From the NCBI GenBank assembly GCA_037135035.1, contig JBAXLB010000002.1, forward strand, positions 4,993 to 68,992: a stretch of 64,000 bases of DNA, read 5' to 3'. Each line of letters begins with the position of its first letter. The stretch's first letter is position 1. Made by a program: the position numbers and the translations under genes. A model generated the notes under the pieces. The model made no database searches. It saw only the letters and a list, made by a program, of their open reading frames with translations, and had not been told where the DNA came from. The stretch comes from Candidatus Adlerbacteria bacterium. GTDB lineage: Bacteria > Patescibacteriota > Minisyncoccia > Phycocordibacterales > SBAW01. Shown here one piece after another: positions 17,819 through 27,461 of this stretch.

Positions 17819-18924
17819 CGTTTTTTGATTGGAGCAGATGGCGTATCTAGTTCCAAAAGGAACGTTGTCAGTATGGTGTTAAATTTCTCTAAACTTGGGA
17901 TGTCTACCCATTCATTGTCGCTACCAATACCCTCTCCTATTGGACCAAATTCGATACCAGGACATTTGTATCGTGCAAAATGTCGTGCATCTGACGACCC
18001 AAACGCACCTCGCTTGATAATTTTTTTCTTAAGGATTTTTGAACTTACACTTTGAAGCATCTGTATGTATCTATTACTTGCGTCAGTATCAAGTGCCGGC
18101 TCGTCCGTAAGTACTTCCATAGAAAATCCTTTCGGTAAAAGCTTTTTTATTTTTTGTAGTACCTTTGTATCTTCCGGGATATATCGAATATCTAAAGAAA
18201 CGGTGCAGTCGTCAGGGATTTTATTAAGTGACTGGTTATTCGTTTCAATTTTTGCAACATTGACCGTCGTTACCCATTTTTCTTTAGCAGGAACCGGGTA
18301 CTGCTTTTTTAACGCAGTAAGAAATTCGTGCATCTTCCAAATAGCATTTTCTCCTCGCCATGGGTACGCGCCATGCGCTGTCTTACCGCGAGAGGAGATT
18401 TTTAACCATATAATTCCGCGTGCTTTGTAAACAATGTCGAAGTTAGTCGGCTCGCTGGTCAAAACAAAGTCTGCTCTCACACCTTGTTCGACTTGATATT
18501 TTGTTCCGTCAAAACCACCGAGTTCCTCGTCTGTAACAAGTTGCAAGCCTAGTGGGTACGAGACTTTATGTGCAATTTCCGCAAACGCATACAACATGCT
18601 GGTAAGGTTTGCCTTCATATCCATCACTCCAACGCCATACAACCGTTTACCTTTTACCACCGGGGTATACTGCTCCGGTTTGCCAGGAATAATATCTAAA
18701 TGCCCGTTGAGCAATACTTTAAACTTCTTTGGCCGTACAGGACCCACATATACCAACGCACTTTTGACACCGTTGCGCTCAAAGCGTTCAATGGTGAAAT
18801 TAGAAAGTTTGGAAAGAGCAAGATTTAAAATAGTGTCGAGTGCCTCTTTGTTGTCCGGATTAGATGGAATAGACACAAACGCTTGTGCCAAATCTAAAAT
18901 ATCTTCTTTCATGTCTCTATTCAT
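17815..18924 (-). CDS. M20-family metallopeptidase (ArgE/DapE-like)
   Basis: 369 aa. HLDIIP and GVGVMDMKANL metal-binding blocks typical of M20 peptidases/deacylases. Confidence 0.7.
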   Translation of the reverse strand: MNRDMKEDILDLAQAFVSIPSNPDNKEALDTILNLALSKLSNFTIERFERNGVKSALVYVGPVRPKKFKVLLNGHLDIIPGKPEQYTPVVKGKRLYGVGVMDMKANLTSMLYAFAEIAHKVSYPLGLQLVTDEELGGFDGTKYQVEQGVRADFVLTSEPTNFDIVYKARGIIWLKISSRGKTAHGAYPWRGENAIWKMHEFLTALKKQYPVPAKEKWVTTVNVAKIETNNQSLNKIPDDCTVSLDIRYIPEDTKVLQKIKKLLPKGFSMEVLTDEPALDTDASNRYIQMLQSVSSKILKKKIIKRGAFGSSDARHFARYKCPGIEFGPIGEGIGSDNEWVDIPSLEKFNTILTTFLLELDTPSAPIKKR

Positions 18925-19019
18925 ACCATGTTTGCGTATTCGGGTAAAAAAATACCGGACATTGGTAGAAAGAGTTTCCTCTTCTAACCAATGTCCGGTA
19001 CAAACGATCGAAATGGGTC

Positions 19020-20381
19020 TTAGGTCACCACTTCGGCCCAGAGGGTCTCTTTGCTGCCGTGATTTCGACCCTTACGCGCTTCCATGGTTTTGTCCGGCAT
19101 AAGTGACCGGAAACCACCAAGGAAGATGTATCCTTCACCGTTCCAACCGAGGAAGTTCCGGTCGATAGCGATGTAGGAATCCTCTTCGTCGAGCTCATTG
19201 ACCAACTTGAGAAGAGGTAGTTCGGGTTGCAGGATGTAGGAGCCCCTGCGCTGCCGCTCGCGATTAAGGTTGCCCTCAAATTTGTTCACACCGATGCGGC
19301 CGTGGATATGGCCGTAGCAGCCGTACGTTCCCAGTGCAGGCTTTGCGCGCAGAGCCGCTTGCCCTCCGATCACAGCCTCAGGGTCGACACCACACGCTTC
19401 GAAGTACTCCTTCGTCGCGCTGCGTTTCAGGAAAGTGACCAGGTCAACGTGGCCTGGAAGCAAGACACCCATACCCATAGCGGGCATGTACATCTTGGTG
19501 TCATTCAGCCGATGTCGGGGCTCTGCAGTCGGCGTATCAACATTGAAGGTCAGTGCATCTTGCCGCACCTTGTGCCGAACCTCATTGTTGCCAAGAAGTT
19601 CATGCCCCACACGAACCGTGGGATCCCTCAAGACCGCAACAGGGTCGGACGTACGTGCATACAGCGCGTACGCACTTTCCCCGCCGTTTTGCCTAAGATG
19701 CCGGGAAAAGCCGTCAGGACTGAACATCGCATCGAACCCCGACATATCGAGCAACTCTTCCTTGGGAAGCTTGTCGTGTAGAGACTTCCCGAATTCCGAG
19801 CTACGCATCGACTCGTACTTCTGGTCGGTCACAGCCAGCAGAGCAACTGGCTTGCCGGTGTGTCGCCGAAGAGTGTCCATGAAGTCGGCGAAGCGACTTT
19901 CAAAGAAGGAAATTCCTCCCCTGGCAAATTGCCTCCTAAGCAATTGGTACATCGCCAGCGAGTTTTCGATCTCGAAGATTCGTCTCCGTAAGATCTCGAC
20001 CACCTGTTCCATCGACATACTAGCGGCAAGCGCGAGAAACGCCTCGGGCAAGGCCGGCATGTCGATCTGAACGCCGAAGTTGACCGGCGACCCATTGACG
20101 AAGCAGTGTCGATAGTCGGCGTCCGTCTCCTGGTTAGCGGCCACAAGCGGCGCGAACGCCGTATTGTATTCCGCAACCAACACCGCCAAAGCTTGGACGA
20201 CCGTTCCCGGATAGACCACCCGGTATTCGGGCAAGCTCTTGAACGGCCCCATGTCGGACCGAATGGTGTCATTGACCACCACCGGCCCTAACGAAACGGG
20301 CGTCGGCTGCCCAAGGTGGGCATCGAGCACATCGAACGACGGCCCTTGGCCTTCTTTGGCTAATTGTTCCAATTCAGCCAT
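19020..20381 (-). CDS. large hypothetical protein in a GC-rich island (possible ligase-like fold, unassigned)
   Basis: 453 aa from the ATG at 20381 (SD AGGAGAG). GC is well above the backbone, with several overlapping spurious ORFs. No confident family assignment. Confidence 0.55.
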   Translation of the reverse strand: MAELEQLAKEGQGPSFDVLDAHLGQPTPVSLGPVVVNDTIRSDMGPFKSLPEYRVVYPGTVVQALAVLVAEYNTAFAPLVAANQETDADYRHCFVNGSPVNFGVQIDMPALPEAFLALAASMSMEQVVEILRRRIFEIENSLAMYQLLRRQFARGGISFFESRFADFMDTLRRHTGKPVALLAVTDQKYESMRSSEFGKSLHDKLPKEELLDMSGFDAMFSPDGFSRHLRQNGGESAYALYARTSDPVAVLRDPTVRVGHELLGNNEVRHKVRQDALTFNVDTPTAEPRHRLNDTKMYMPAMGMGVLLPGHVDLVTFLKRSATKEYFEACGVDPEAVIGGQAALRAKPALGTYGCYGHIHGRIGVNKFEGNLNRERQRRGSYILQPELPLLKLVNELDEEDSYIAIDRNFLGWNGEGYIFLGGFRSLMPDKTMEARKGRNHGSKETLWAEVVT

Positions 20382-20448
20382 TATCTTCTCTCCTGTTATG
20401 CGCCGTAGCGCGTTTGAACGAACTCTAAAATAGTCTCCCAAAAAGAAA

Positions 20449-20482
20449 CAAGGACCCCTTGAGGGGTCCTTGCATCTTTTTT
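20449..20482. terminator. bidirectional intrinsic terminator (AAGGACCCCTT/GAGGGGTCCTT plus T-run)
   Basis: Near-perfect 10-bp palindrome with an A-run before and a T6 run after. Confidence 0.8.
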
Positions 20483-20630
20483 GGTATCTTAGTTGGATTA
20501 CCGCGCTGCAAGGCCCCCTCGTTTAAGAAGGTAAATCATCCAGACGAAGAGGGCTTGCGAACGTAACTCCATACCCCTACCCTACTGCTACATGTAAAAA
20601 CGGTCAAGCCTGCCTTGTCAACAAGACAGG

Positions 20631-21584
20631 CTACCTTTTCCACCGGGCAAAAATGCCGGCAGGCAATGTGCGGCCGGAGTTTGCCTCTTCTATACCCAAA
20701 TCGCCATATTCTGTTGCCCCACCGTACTTTTTTTCAAATTGCTCCAAGTTGTATGCAAATGCCAATGGCGAATATCCTGCCGCGTAGCCATTTACCAACA
20801 AAAACAACGGTTGGTCGGAAAGGAGTTGGCCGCACAGGTCGACAAGCTCGATCAAATTCTCTTCTATCTTCCAAATTTCATTTTTTGGCCCGTGTCCAAA
20901 CGCCGGCGGGTCCATGATAATGCCGTCATACTTCTTGCCCCGTGCAATTTCGCGGCGGACAAAGAGTAGTGCGTCTTCGGTAATCCAGCGCACGGGAGCA
21001 TCTTCCAACCCCGACGCCTTTGCATTTTCCCGCGCCCACGCAACTGCTGTCTTTGATGCATCAACATGCGTCACCTGGGCTCCAGCCTTTGCCGCAGCCA
21101 GTGTTGCCCCGCCGGTATACCCGAAGAGATTCAAAATGGACACTTCCCTTCCTGCATTTTTTATACATTCAGCGCTCCAGAGCCAATTTTGTTCTTGCTC
21201 AGGAAATAGCCCCGTATGTTTAAAACTCGTTGGCTTCAATAAAAAATTCAGGCCGCCAAACTCTATTTTCCACTCCTGCGGCAACACGCCCGTCCACCTT
21301 CCCCTAAACACTTCACTAGGTGAAGTGTCGGGCGAACCGCTAGCGGTTTTAGCCCCACCCTCACGCACATAAGCGCCTGCAGCTTTGCTCCACTCGCTTT
21401 CCTCTAACTTTTTAGGCCACAGTGCCTGTGGGTCTGGTCTGCGCAACAGGACGTCGCCAAATCGCTCGAGCTTCTCTTCCCCACCCGAGTCGAGTAGTTC
21501 ATACCCGTCGGACGGTTTTGTTACAAGAGTTAGCCGTTCCATACGATTAATTTTGTCGGGGTACTCAGAATCGAACTGAGCCAT
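20631..21584 (-). CDS. class I SAM-dependent rRNA methyltransferase (RlmI/RlmK-like)
   Basis: 317 aa. SAM-binding motif (ILNLFGYTGGATLAAAKAGA) and DPPAFGHG block. N-terminal PUA-like region. Confidence 0.7.
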   Translation of the reverse strand: MAQFDSEYPDKINRMERLTLVTKPSDGYELLDSGGEEKLERFGDVLLRRPDPQALWPKKLEESEWSKAAGAYVREGGAKTASGSPDTSPSEVFRGRWTGVLPQEWKIEFGGLNFLLKPTSFKHTGLFPEQEQNWLWSAECIKNAGREVSILNLFGYTGGATLAAAKAGAQVTHVDASKTAVAWARENAKASGLEDAPVRWITEDALLFVRREIARGKKYDGIIMDPPAFGHGPKNEIWKIEENLIELVDLCGQLLSDQPLFLLVNGYAAGYSPLAFAYNLEQFEKKYGGATEYGDLGIEEANSGRTLPAGIFARWKR

Positions 21585-21635
21585 CTTGCTCCCAAAGCAA
21601 GCGTACTACCGATATACGATACCCCGCTTCCCTAC

Positions 21636-22061
21636 TTATAGAATAATATTCTCGAACAGCTCCACTGTAGCGCGCCTGGACGAAAAATCCAAGTAAACGC
21701 AGGCAAGGTCGATTTGCCACTCTACTTCCCCGCCCACCTTCTTTTCCATCATATACGTCTGCAACGCTCTATGCAGCCGCATAACCTTCTTTCTGTGCAT
21801 ATTCTCTTCCGGCCTAACTGTGCCACGTGTAACATCTCCCCCGCCTCCCTTCCCAGGTTCACGTGAAACCTGTCCCGACTCACGGCGGACGGTCTTTACT
21901 TCAATAAAATGGAGCTTTTTGTCCTTACGGACAACAATGTCCAATTCGCCCCAGGGTTTGAGGTAATTCCTATCCAACACAACATATCCCCTCTTTTCAA
22001 GATATTTCGAGGCTATATCTTCGCCCAAGTCGCCTATTTCCCGCTTTTTAGTCTTTTCCAT
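21636..22061 (-). CDS. yraN: YraN-family (UPF0102) endonuclease-like protein
   Basis: 141 aa. GEDIASKYLEKRGYVVLDRNY...GELDIV signature of the YraN family, with a Gly-rich insertion. Confidence 0.7.
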   Translation of the reverse strand: MEKTKKREIGDLGEDIASKYLEKRGYVVLDRNYLKPWGELDIVVRKDKKLHFIEVKTVRRESGQVSREPGKGGGGDVTRGTVRPEENMHRKKVMRLHRALQTYMMEKKVGGEVEWQIDLACVYLDFSSRRATVELFENIIL

Positions 22062-22331
22062 GATAGCTGCCTGCCCGCCTTTGGCATGGTTTCATGTGAA
22101 CCAAATAACCTATAAAGTGTCATCTTAGAAACATTATATGCCATTATAAGCCATAAAACCCACTTAAAGACGTGTCTTTAATACACCTGTCCCCATAGTT
22201 ATCCCCAGAAATTATAGTATAACCTTTTTCTACAACGTATTTTATATTCACAATCTGGCTGTCTTTAATTTTCCGTTATCTAACTATGTAGTAGCAAGAA
22301 AAATCTAAAAGTTGTGCTATAGTATTCGACG

Positions 22332-22402
22332 AAGCGGATATGGTTTAGTGGTAGAACACATCCTTGCCAAGGATGAGACGGGAGTTCGATTCTCCCTATC
22401 CG
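22332..22402 (+). tRNA. tRNA-Gly (anticodon GCC)
   Basis: Acceptor GCGGATA/TATCCGC, anticodon arm CATCC-TTGCCAA-GGATG, T-loop TTCGATT. A TATAGT box lies just upstream. Confidence 0.85.
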
Positions 22403-22413
22403 CACTAAGTTTT

Positions 22414-22485
22414 TGTGCTCCCGCCAGGATTCGAACCTGGAACAGCTGCTTCGAAGGCAGACATGATATCCATTTCACCACGGGA
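22414..22485 (-). tRNA. tRNA-Arg (anticodon TCG)
   Basis: Reverse complement folds as acceptor GCTCCCG/CGGGAGC, D-loop AATGGATA, anticodon loop CTTCGAA, T-arm CCAGG-TTCGAAT-CCTGG. Convergent with tRNA-Gly, 11 nt apart. Confidence 0.75.
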
Positions 22486-22513
22486 GCTCGTGGTTGCGTG
22501 ATAGAATCATGCC

Positions 22514-23989
22514 ATGCAACTCCTCGAAGACCAAATACCCGCGGAGGTTTCACGAATAACCGAAACGTTTACCAAGGCCGGCTTTGAGGCTTGGATAGTA
22601 GGGGGGTGCGTGCGCGACCTGTTGCTTGGCCGTCCGCCCAAAGACTGGGACATCACAACCAATGCAAACCCGGAAGAAATCCAGGGTTTATTCGAAAACA
22701 CCTTTTATACCAACGAATTTGGGACTGTCGGCATCGTAAATGACAACGCAACAAACGAAAATGTGAAGATTGTCGAAGCAACGCCGTACCGCCTGGAAGG
22801 GAAGTACAGCGATGCTCGTAGGCCTGACAACGTTATTTTTAGCAAACATATCGAAGATGACCTTAAGCGCCGCGACTTTACCATTAATGCTCTAGCGTAC
22901 AACCCAGGCACAAAACAGCTTCTTGACCTTTATGGCGGCATAAAGGACACGGCTGCAGGCATGGTGCGCGCCGTAGGGGAGCCAGAAGAACGTTTTACCG
23001 AAGATGCACTGCGGATTATGCGTGCTATACGTATTTCGGCAGAATTGGGGTTTACTATTGAGGCCGAAACAAAGGCTGCAATGCAAAAATGTGCCGGCCA
23101 GTTGGGCAAAATTTCAAAAGAGCGTATCCGCGACGAATTTGTGCGTATTTTAAACTCAGCCAAACCGATGAACTCTATTATTTTGGCTCAAAGTATAGGT
23201 ATTTTGGGATATATTGCCCCAGACCTGGAAAAGGGGATAGGAGTGGAACAAAACCAAGCCCACAGCTTTGACGTGTTTGAACACAACATACGCGCTCTGC
23301 AGCACGCTGCCGACAAGAACTGGAGCTTCGAAGTACGCCTAGCCGCCCTGTTTCACGACATAGGCAAGCCTGCCAGCCGACGCTGGTCGGACGAAAAGCA
23401 CGACTGGACGTTCCACGGCCACGACGTGGTAGGCGCACGAATAACCAAAAAAGCCCTGGAAGCACTCAAATTTTCACGTGAAACTATAGAAAATGCAGAA
23501 CGCATGGTCCGCTGGCACATGTTCTTTTCTGACCCCGATAAAATCACGTTATCTGCCGTCAGACGCATCATAACCAACGTAGGTAGGGACAACATCGAAA
23601 AGCTCATCGAACTACGCATATGCGACCGTATAGGCACTGGTAGGCCTAAAGAACAGCCCTTCAGGCTCCGCAAATACCAGGCAATGATAGAAGAGGCGCT
23701 TCGCGACCCAATTTCGGTCGGCATGCTCGCTATAGACGGCAAACGCATAATGGAAGTAACGGGGGAGAAGGCGGGCCCGCGTATTGGTTGGCTTCTGCAT
23801 GCACTGCTCGAAGAGGTGTTGGAAGACCCGAAGTTAAATACAAAAGAATATTTAGAAACAAAGATACTAGAGCTGGTGCGACTTTCAGATAAAGACTTAC
23901 GTGCAATAGGGGATGCAGGAAAAGAGAAAAAAGAGGAATTAGAAGAAGAGAGTATTAAAGAAATTCAGAAGAAATACTTCGTAAATTAA
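22514..23989 (+). CDS. cca: CCA-adding enzyme / tRNA nucleotidyltransferase with HD domain
   Basis: 491 aa. PolyA-pol head (GGCVRDLLLGRPPKDWDITT), RFTINALAY block, HD domain (LFHDIGK). Confidence 0.88.
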   Translation: MQLLEDQIPAEVSRITETFTKAGFEAWIVGGCVRDLLLGRPPKDWDITTNANPEEIQGLFENTFYTNEFGTVGIVNDNATNENVKIVEATPYRLEGKYSDARRPDNVIFSKHIEDDLKRRDFTINALAYNPGTKQLLDLYGGIKDTAAGMVRAVGEPEERFTEDALRIMRAIRISAELGFTIEAETKAAMQKCAGQLGKISKERIRDEFVRILNSAKPMNSIILAQSIGILGYIAPDLEKGIGVEQNQAHSFDVFEHNIRALQHAADKNWSFEVRLAALFHDIGKPASRRWSDEKHDWTFHGHDVVGARITKKALEALKFSRETIENAERMVRWHMFFSDPDKITLSAVRRIITNVGRDNIEKLIELRICDRIGTGRPKEQPFRLRKYQAMIEEALRDPISVGMLAIDGKRIMEVTGEKAGPRIGWLLHALLEEVLEDPKLNTKEYLETKILELVRLSDKDLRAIGDAGKEKKEELEEESIKEIQKKYFVN

Positions 23990-23993
23990 GGCT

Positions 23994-24025
23994 AAAACTG
24001 GGGTTATCCCCAGTTTGTCTTTTAT
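23994..24025 (+). terminator. intrinsic terminator after cca (AAACTGGGG-ttat-CCCCAGTTT)
   Basis: 9-bp stem followed by a T-rich tract. Confidence 0.75.
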
Positions 24026-24396
24026 ATGTCCTTTACGTTGTCCTTTATAAGGCATACAGTTGTCTTAGAGTTCAATTGAAGGGATTTCTTCCAGCCACAC
24101 TGCCCTGCGGCTGCAACAAGTCACGTCGAGTGAACACCGGTTCTTTCGATACACAGTCTTGCGCTGCAGCGCACAAATATGTTCCCGTTTCCGGATCAAC
24201 TTCGCAGTAGTAGCGTTCGTAGATGTTGAGCCGAGTACGTAAACCAGCAATCTTATAAATTTTTGATTTAAAAGGTATTACGTTTCGACCCAATATAGTT
24301 TGTTAGTTCTTTTGTTCTAAATAGAAGTTATTCCAGAAGCAGGCACAGAGCCCGCAACCACCTACTCCGGCGTTGCGGGTTTAATTGTACCCAAAT

Positions 24397-25161
24397 TTAC
24401 TTACTCGAAAGGTTCCAGAGTACTTCAAAAAACCCTTTGTAGCCCTCTGCAACTTTTTTGTTTGTAAAGGTAAAGGCAACAACCGGGTTGCCATAAATCA
24501 TAAAATTGACCTTGTCGCCATAGATGTCAGTATCTACTTCAGGTGCCGACTGGGGGAGGACGCGATATTCGAAAAAAGGTCGTGTTTGAGCCATTATTTT
24601 AAGGTAGTTGGGGTTACCCGACATACTTATGTACCGCAGCCGTATCTTTTTTTCAATACGAATCCGTTCATATTCGTTCAGTTCTCCTCCAAAAATTTCG
24701 ACATATTTGTCCCCGTTGCCTGCCAAAATATCTATAGAGCTGCCGTCGGGCATACCTTCGAGCAGAGCAAACTCGTGGGCAACAAACGCGGTGTCGCCCT
24801 GGAAGACCTCGAAGCTCTGTTCGTGCTTGCCGGCAAACTGCTCTTTTAGCTGGCGCACCACTGCCTGGGCCGAAAGCTTTTTTTCTTCCACAAGCGAAAG
24901 GATGCGCTCGGGCGAGCCAGCGCTAAACTTCTTCCGGCCGTTTTGCACCACGTGTTTTGCAAGCCCCAACTCCTCCAACCGTTCAAGTGCCTGGTACACA
25001 AACTGCCCGTGCAGCCCGCTGGCGCGGATAAGGTTGCTGGTGCCTGTGTCTTGGCGGGGAAGTAAGGCTAAATAGACCCGCGCTTCCTTGTCGGTGAGCC
25101 CTAAAGCCTCCAAATTGCTTAAAAGCTCCTTATTTGCAATATCATCAATATTTTTTGACAT
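24397..25161 (-). CDS. TrmB-family HTH transcriptional regulator (paralog 3)
   Basis: 254 aa. wHTH LGLTDKEARVYLALLPRQDTGTSNLIRASGLHGQFVYQALERLEELGL. Confidence 0.72.
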   Translation of the reverse strand: MSKNIDDIANKELLSNLEALGLTDKEARVYLALLPRQDTGTSNLIRASGLHGQFVYQALERLEELGLAKHVVQNGRKKFSAGSPERILSLVEEKKLSAQAVVRQLKEQFAGKHEQSFEVFQGDTAFVAHEFALLEGMPDGSSIDILAGNGDKYVEIFGGELNEYERIRIEKKIRLRYISMSGNPNYLKIMAQTRPFFEYRVLPQSAPEVDTDIYGDKVNFMIYGNPVVAFTFTNKKVAEGYKGFFEVLWNLSSK

Positions 25162-25307
25162 CTATACCAAAACTCTAGCATTCACAGTGCTTTATTGTCA
25201 ATTTTTTATCATCAGTATTTCTTGACATTACTGTTTTATGGTGCTATTATGTATGTAGTTCAGTCAGTACATCGAAAATAACCGCCCCATGGGGCAGAGG
25301 GATAAAA

Positions 25308-26018
25308 ATGAAGACCAATTATGGGAATTTTGCTGACCGGTACCAGTTCTACACGAGCGACGACAACCTTAATGACCCAGAGCTGCGGCTTGGCAGAATG
25401 CCGGCACTTGCAGCCCTTGGAGATACACAAGGGAAGACTGTGCTCGACTTTGGCTGTGGGCCTGCGACCAACAGCCCGAGGCTTTTGGATGCCGGGGCGC
25501 GTGTTATTGGCCTCGATGTTGACCCTATCGTCATCGAGAAGGCGCGTCAGGTTGACCCGCGCAGCGATTATTGGGTTTGGCAGGGGTTGCTCGTCAAGAA
25601 ACTTGGGTGGATTCCGATAGACTGTATTCTCATGAGCTTCTCGTTCTGTGTCATTCCCGACCGGGAAATACGCTACATTCTGCGCGATATGCGGGCAATA
25701 CTGCACAAGGGTGGCAAGCTCGTCATTGTTGAACCCAACCAAGAGAAAGCGCACGGTATTCGGTACACAAGCCTGCACTATCACAAAAAGGAAGGGGTCC
25801 GAACAGGTGATTTCGTCGACGTGACGCTCGGTTCTGGTGAGAATGCTATCCTCTTAACTGACGATATCTACCGCCGCCACGACGACTATCGCCGACTTTT
25901 GGAGGAAGCTGGTTTCACAATCGAAAGAATGGAGGAGCCGTTGCCGCCCAAAGATTGGGGCGAGGGTCGGGAACTGCTCGAGAAATATCCGCCCTTTGTG
26001 CTCATCGTGGCTATATAG
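25308..26018 (+). CDS. class I SAM-dependent methyltransferase
   Basis: 236 aa. Motif I VLDFGCGPATNS, acidic motif II GLDVD. Confidence 0.7.
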   Translation: MKTNYGNFADRYQFYTSDDNLNDPELRLGRMPALAALGDTQGKTVLDFGCGPATNSPRLLDAGARVIGLDVDPIVIEKARQVDPRSDYWVWQGLLVKKLGWIPIDCILMSFSFCVIPDREIRYILRDMRAILHKGGKLVIVEPNQEKAHGIRYTSLHYHKKEGVRTGDFVDVTLGSGENAILLTDDIYRRHDDYRRLLEEAGFTIERMEEPLPPKDWGEGRELLEKYPPFVLIVAI

Positions 26019-26070
26019 CCAAAGCGGCCAAAACTATCGAGCCGCTCCACACGTTGGGGCGGCTTTTTCT

Positions 26071-26868
26071 TTACAAATCCACTTCCAACAACACGGGGCA
26101 GTGGTCGGAGCCCATGACGTCGGGGAGGATTGCGGCTTTTTTTACTTTGGGGGCGAGTTTTTTTGATACAAAAAAATAGTCTATGCGCCAGCCGACGTTG
26201 CGGATGCGCGAATTAGCAAAATGGCTCCACCAGCTGTAGTGGCCGTTGCCTTTGGTAAAAAGGCGGAAGGTGTCGACAAAACCTGCTGCAACAACACTGT
26301 CGATGCCTTCGCGCTCTTCAAGTGTATAGCCGTGGCCGCCTTCGTTGGCTTTGGGGTTGGCAAGGTCGTCGGGGCCATGTGCCACGTTTAAGTCCCCACA
26401 AAAAATAACCGGTTTATGTTTTTCCAACTCTTTGCAGTATTCCAAAAACGCCGGGTCCCACTGTGTATGGCGAAGCGACAGGCGCGAAAGGTCGGGCTTA
26501 GAGTTAGGCGTATACACAGTCACAACGTAAAACTTTTCAAACTCGGCAGCCAACACACGACCTTCGGCATTTGGGTCGCCATAGTCATCACTATCGAGCT
26601 TATATTTTTTTGCAATATCTTCCGGCAAGCCCAGCAACACGGCCAATGGTTTATGCTTCGTAAAAATGGCGGTGCCGCTGTAGCCTTTTTTTACCGCACT
26701 GTTCCAATATTCTTCGTAGTCGGGCAGATCGACTTCGCTTTGCGCTTGCCGGGCCTTTGTTTCTTGCAAACACAAAATGTCGGGCTGATATTCTTCAACA
26801 AACGGCACAAACAAATTTTTATTATGCACCGCGCGGATGCCGTTTACGTTCCAGGAGATTAGTTTCAT
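26071..26868 (-). CDS. xth: exodeoxyribonuclease III (AP endonuclease, EEP family)
   Basis: 265 aa. MKLISWNVNGIRA...DILCLQETK start, GDLNVAH block, C-terminal SDHCPV. Confidence 0.9.
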   Translation of the reverse strand: MKLISWNVNGIRAVHNKNLFVPFVEEYQPDILCLQETKARQAQSEVDLPDYEEYWNSAVKKGYSGTAIFTKHKPLAVLLGLPEDIAKKYKLDSDDYGDPNAEGRVLAAEFEKFYVVTVYTPNSKPDLSRLSLRHTQWDPAFLEYCKELEKHKPVIFCGDLNVAHGPDDLANPKANEGGHGYTLEEREGIDSVVAAGFVDTFRLFTKGNGHYSWWSHFANSRIRNVGWRIDYFFVSKKLAPKVKKAAILPDVMGSDHCPVLLEVDL

Positions 26869-26890
26869 ACGAATATACTATACTAAATGT

Positions 26891-27397
26891 ATGAGACTTG
26901 TGAGCTTACTTTTTATAGTCGACGGCGACCCCGACGCTTCGGTCGGGGCAGGCAAAGTTATGCTCGCCAAAAAGAAGACAAAGTTTGGCATTGGGTACTG
27001 GAACGGGTTTGGCGGTGGGGTAGAGGACGGCGAGACAATTGAACAAAGCGCCTGTCGCGAAACAAAAGAAGAGTCGGGGTTAGACGTGCATACAGACGAC
27101 ATACAGAAAGTCGCGCACATTGTCTTTCGCTTTACTGACATCCCTGCATACGACCACGACGTGCATGTATTTATCGCAAATAAATTCTCTGGCGAACCTA
27201 TTGAAACGCGCGAGATGTCGTTGCCTGCGTGGCATAACTTACAAAACCTCCCCATAAACGACATGTGGCCGTCGGACACGCACTGGGTGCCGCTTGTGTT
27301 GCAGCAAGATAAAACAATAGAAGGTACGTGTTATTTTAGCGGTACCGAAAAACCTTTTGTAGTTGAGAAGTTTGAATATACAGAAGTAGAATTTTAA
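26891..27397 (+). CDS. NUDIX hydrolase (MutT-like)
   Basis: 168 aa from the internal ATG. Nudix box GGGVEDGETIEQSACRETKEESGL. Confidence 0.75.
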   Translation: MRLVSLLFIVDGDPDASVGAGKVMLAKKKTKFGIGYWNGFGGGVEDGETIEQSACRETKEESGLDVHTDDIQKVAHIVFRFTDIPAYDHDVHVFIANKFSGEPIETREMSLPAWHNLQNLPINDMWPSDTHWVPLVLQQDKTIEGTCYFSGTEKPFVVEKFEYTEVEF

Positions 27398-27461
27398 TCC
27401 CGTAGGTGATTCTGCTGAATGAAAAGAAAAACAGCCACCCGGGTGGTGACTGTGTGGAAAT

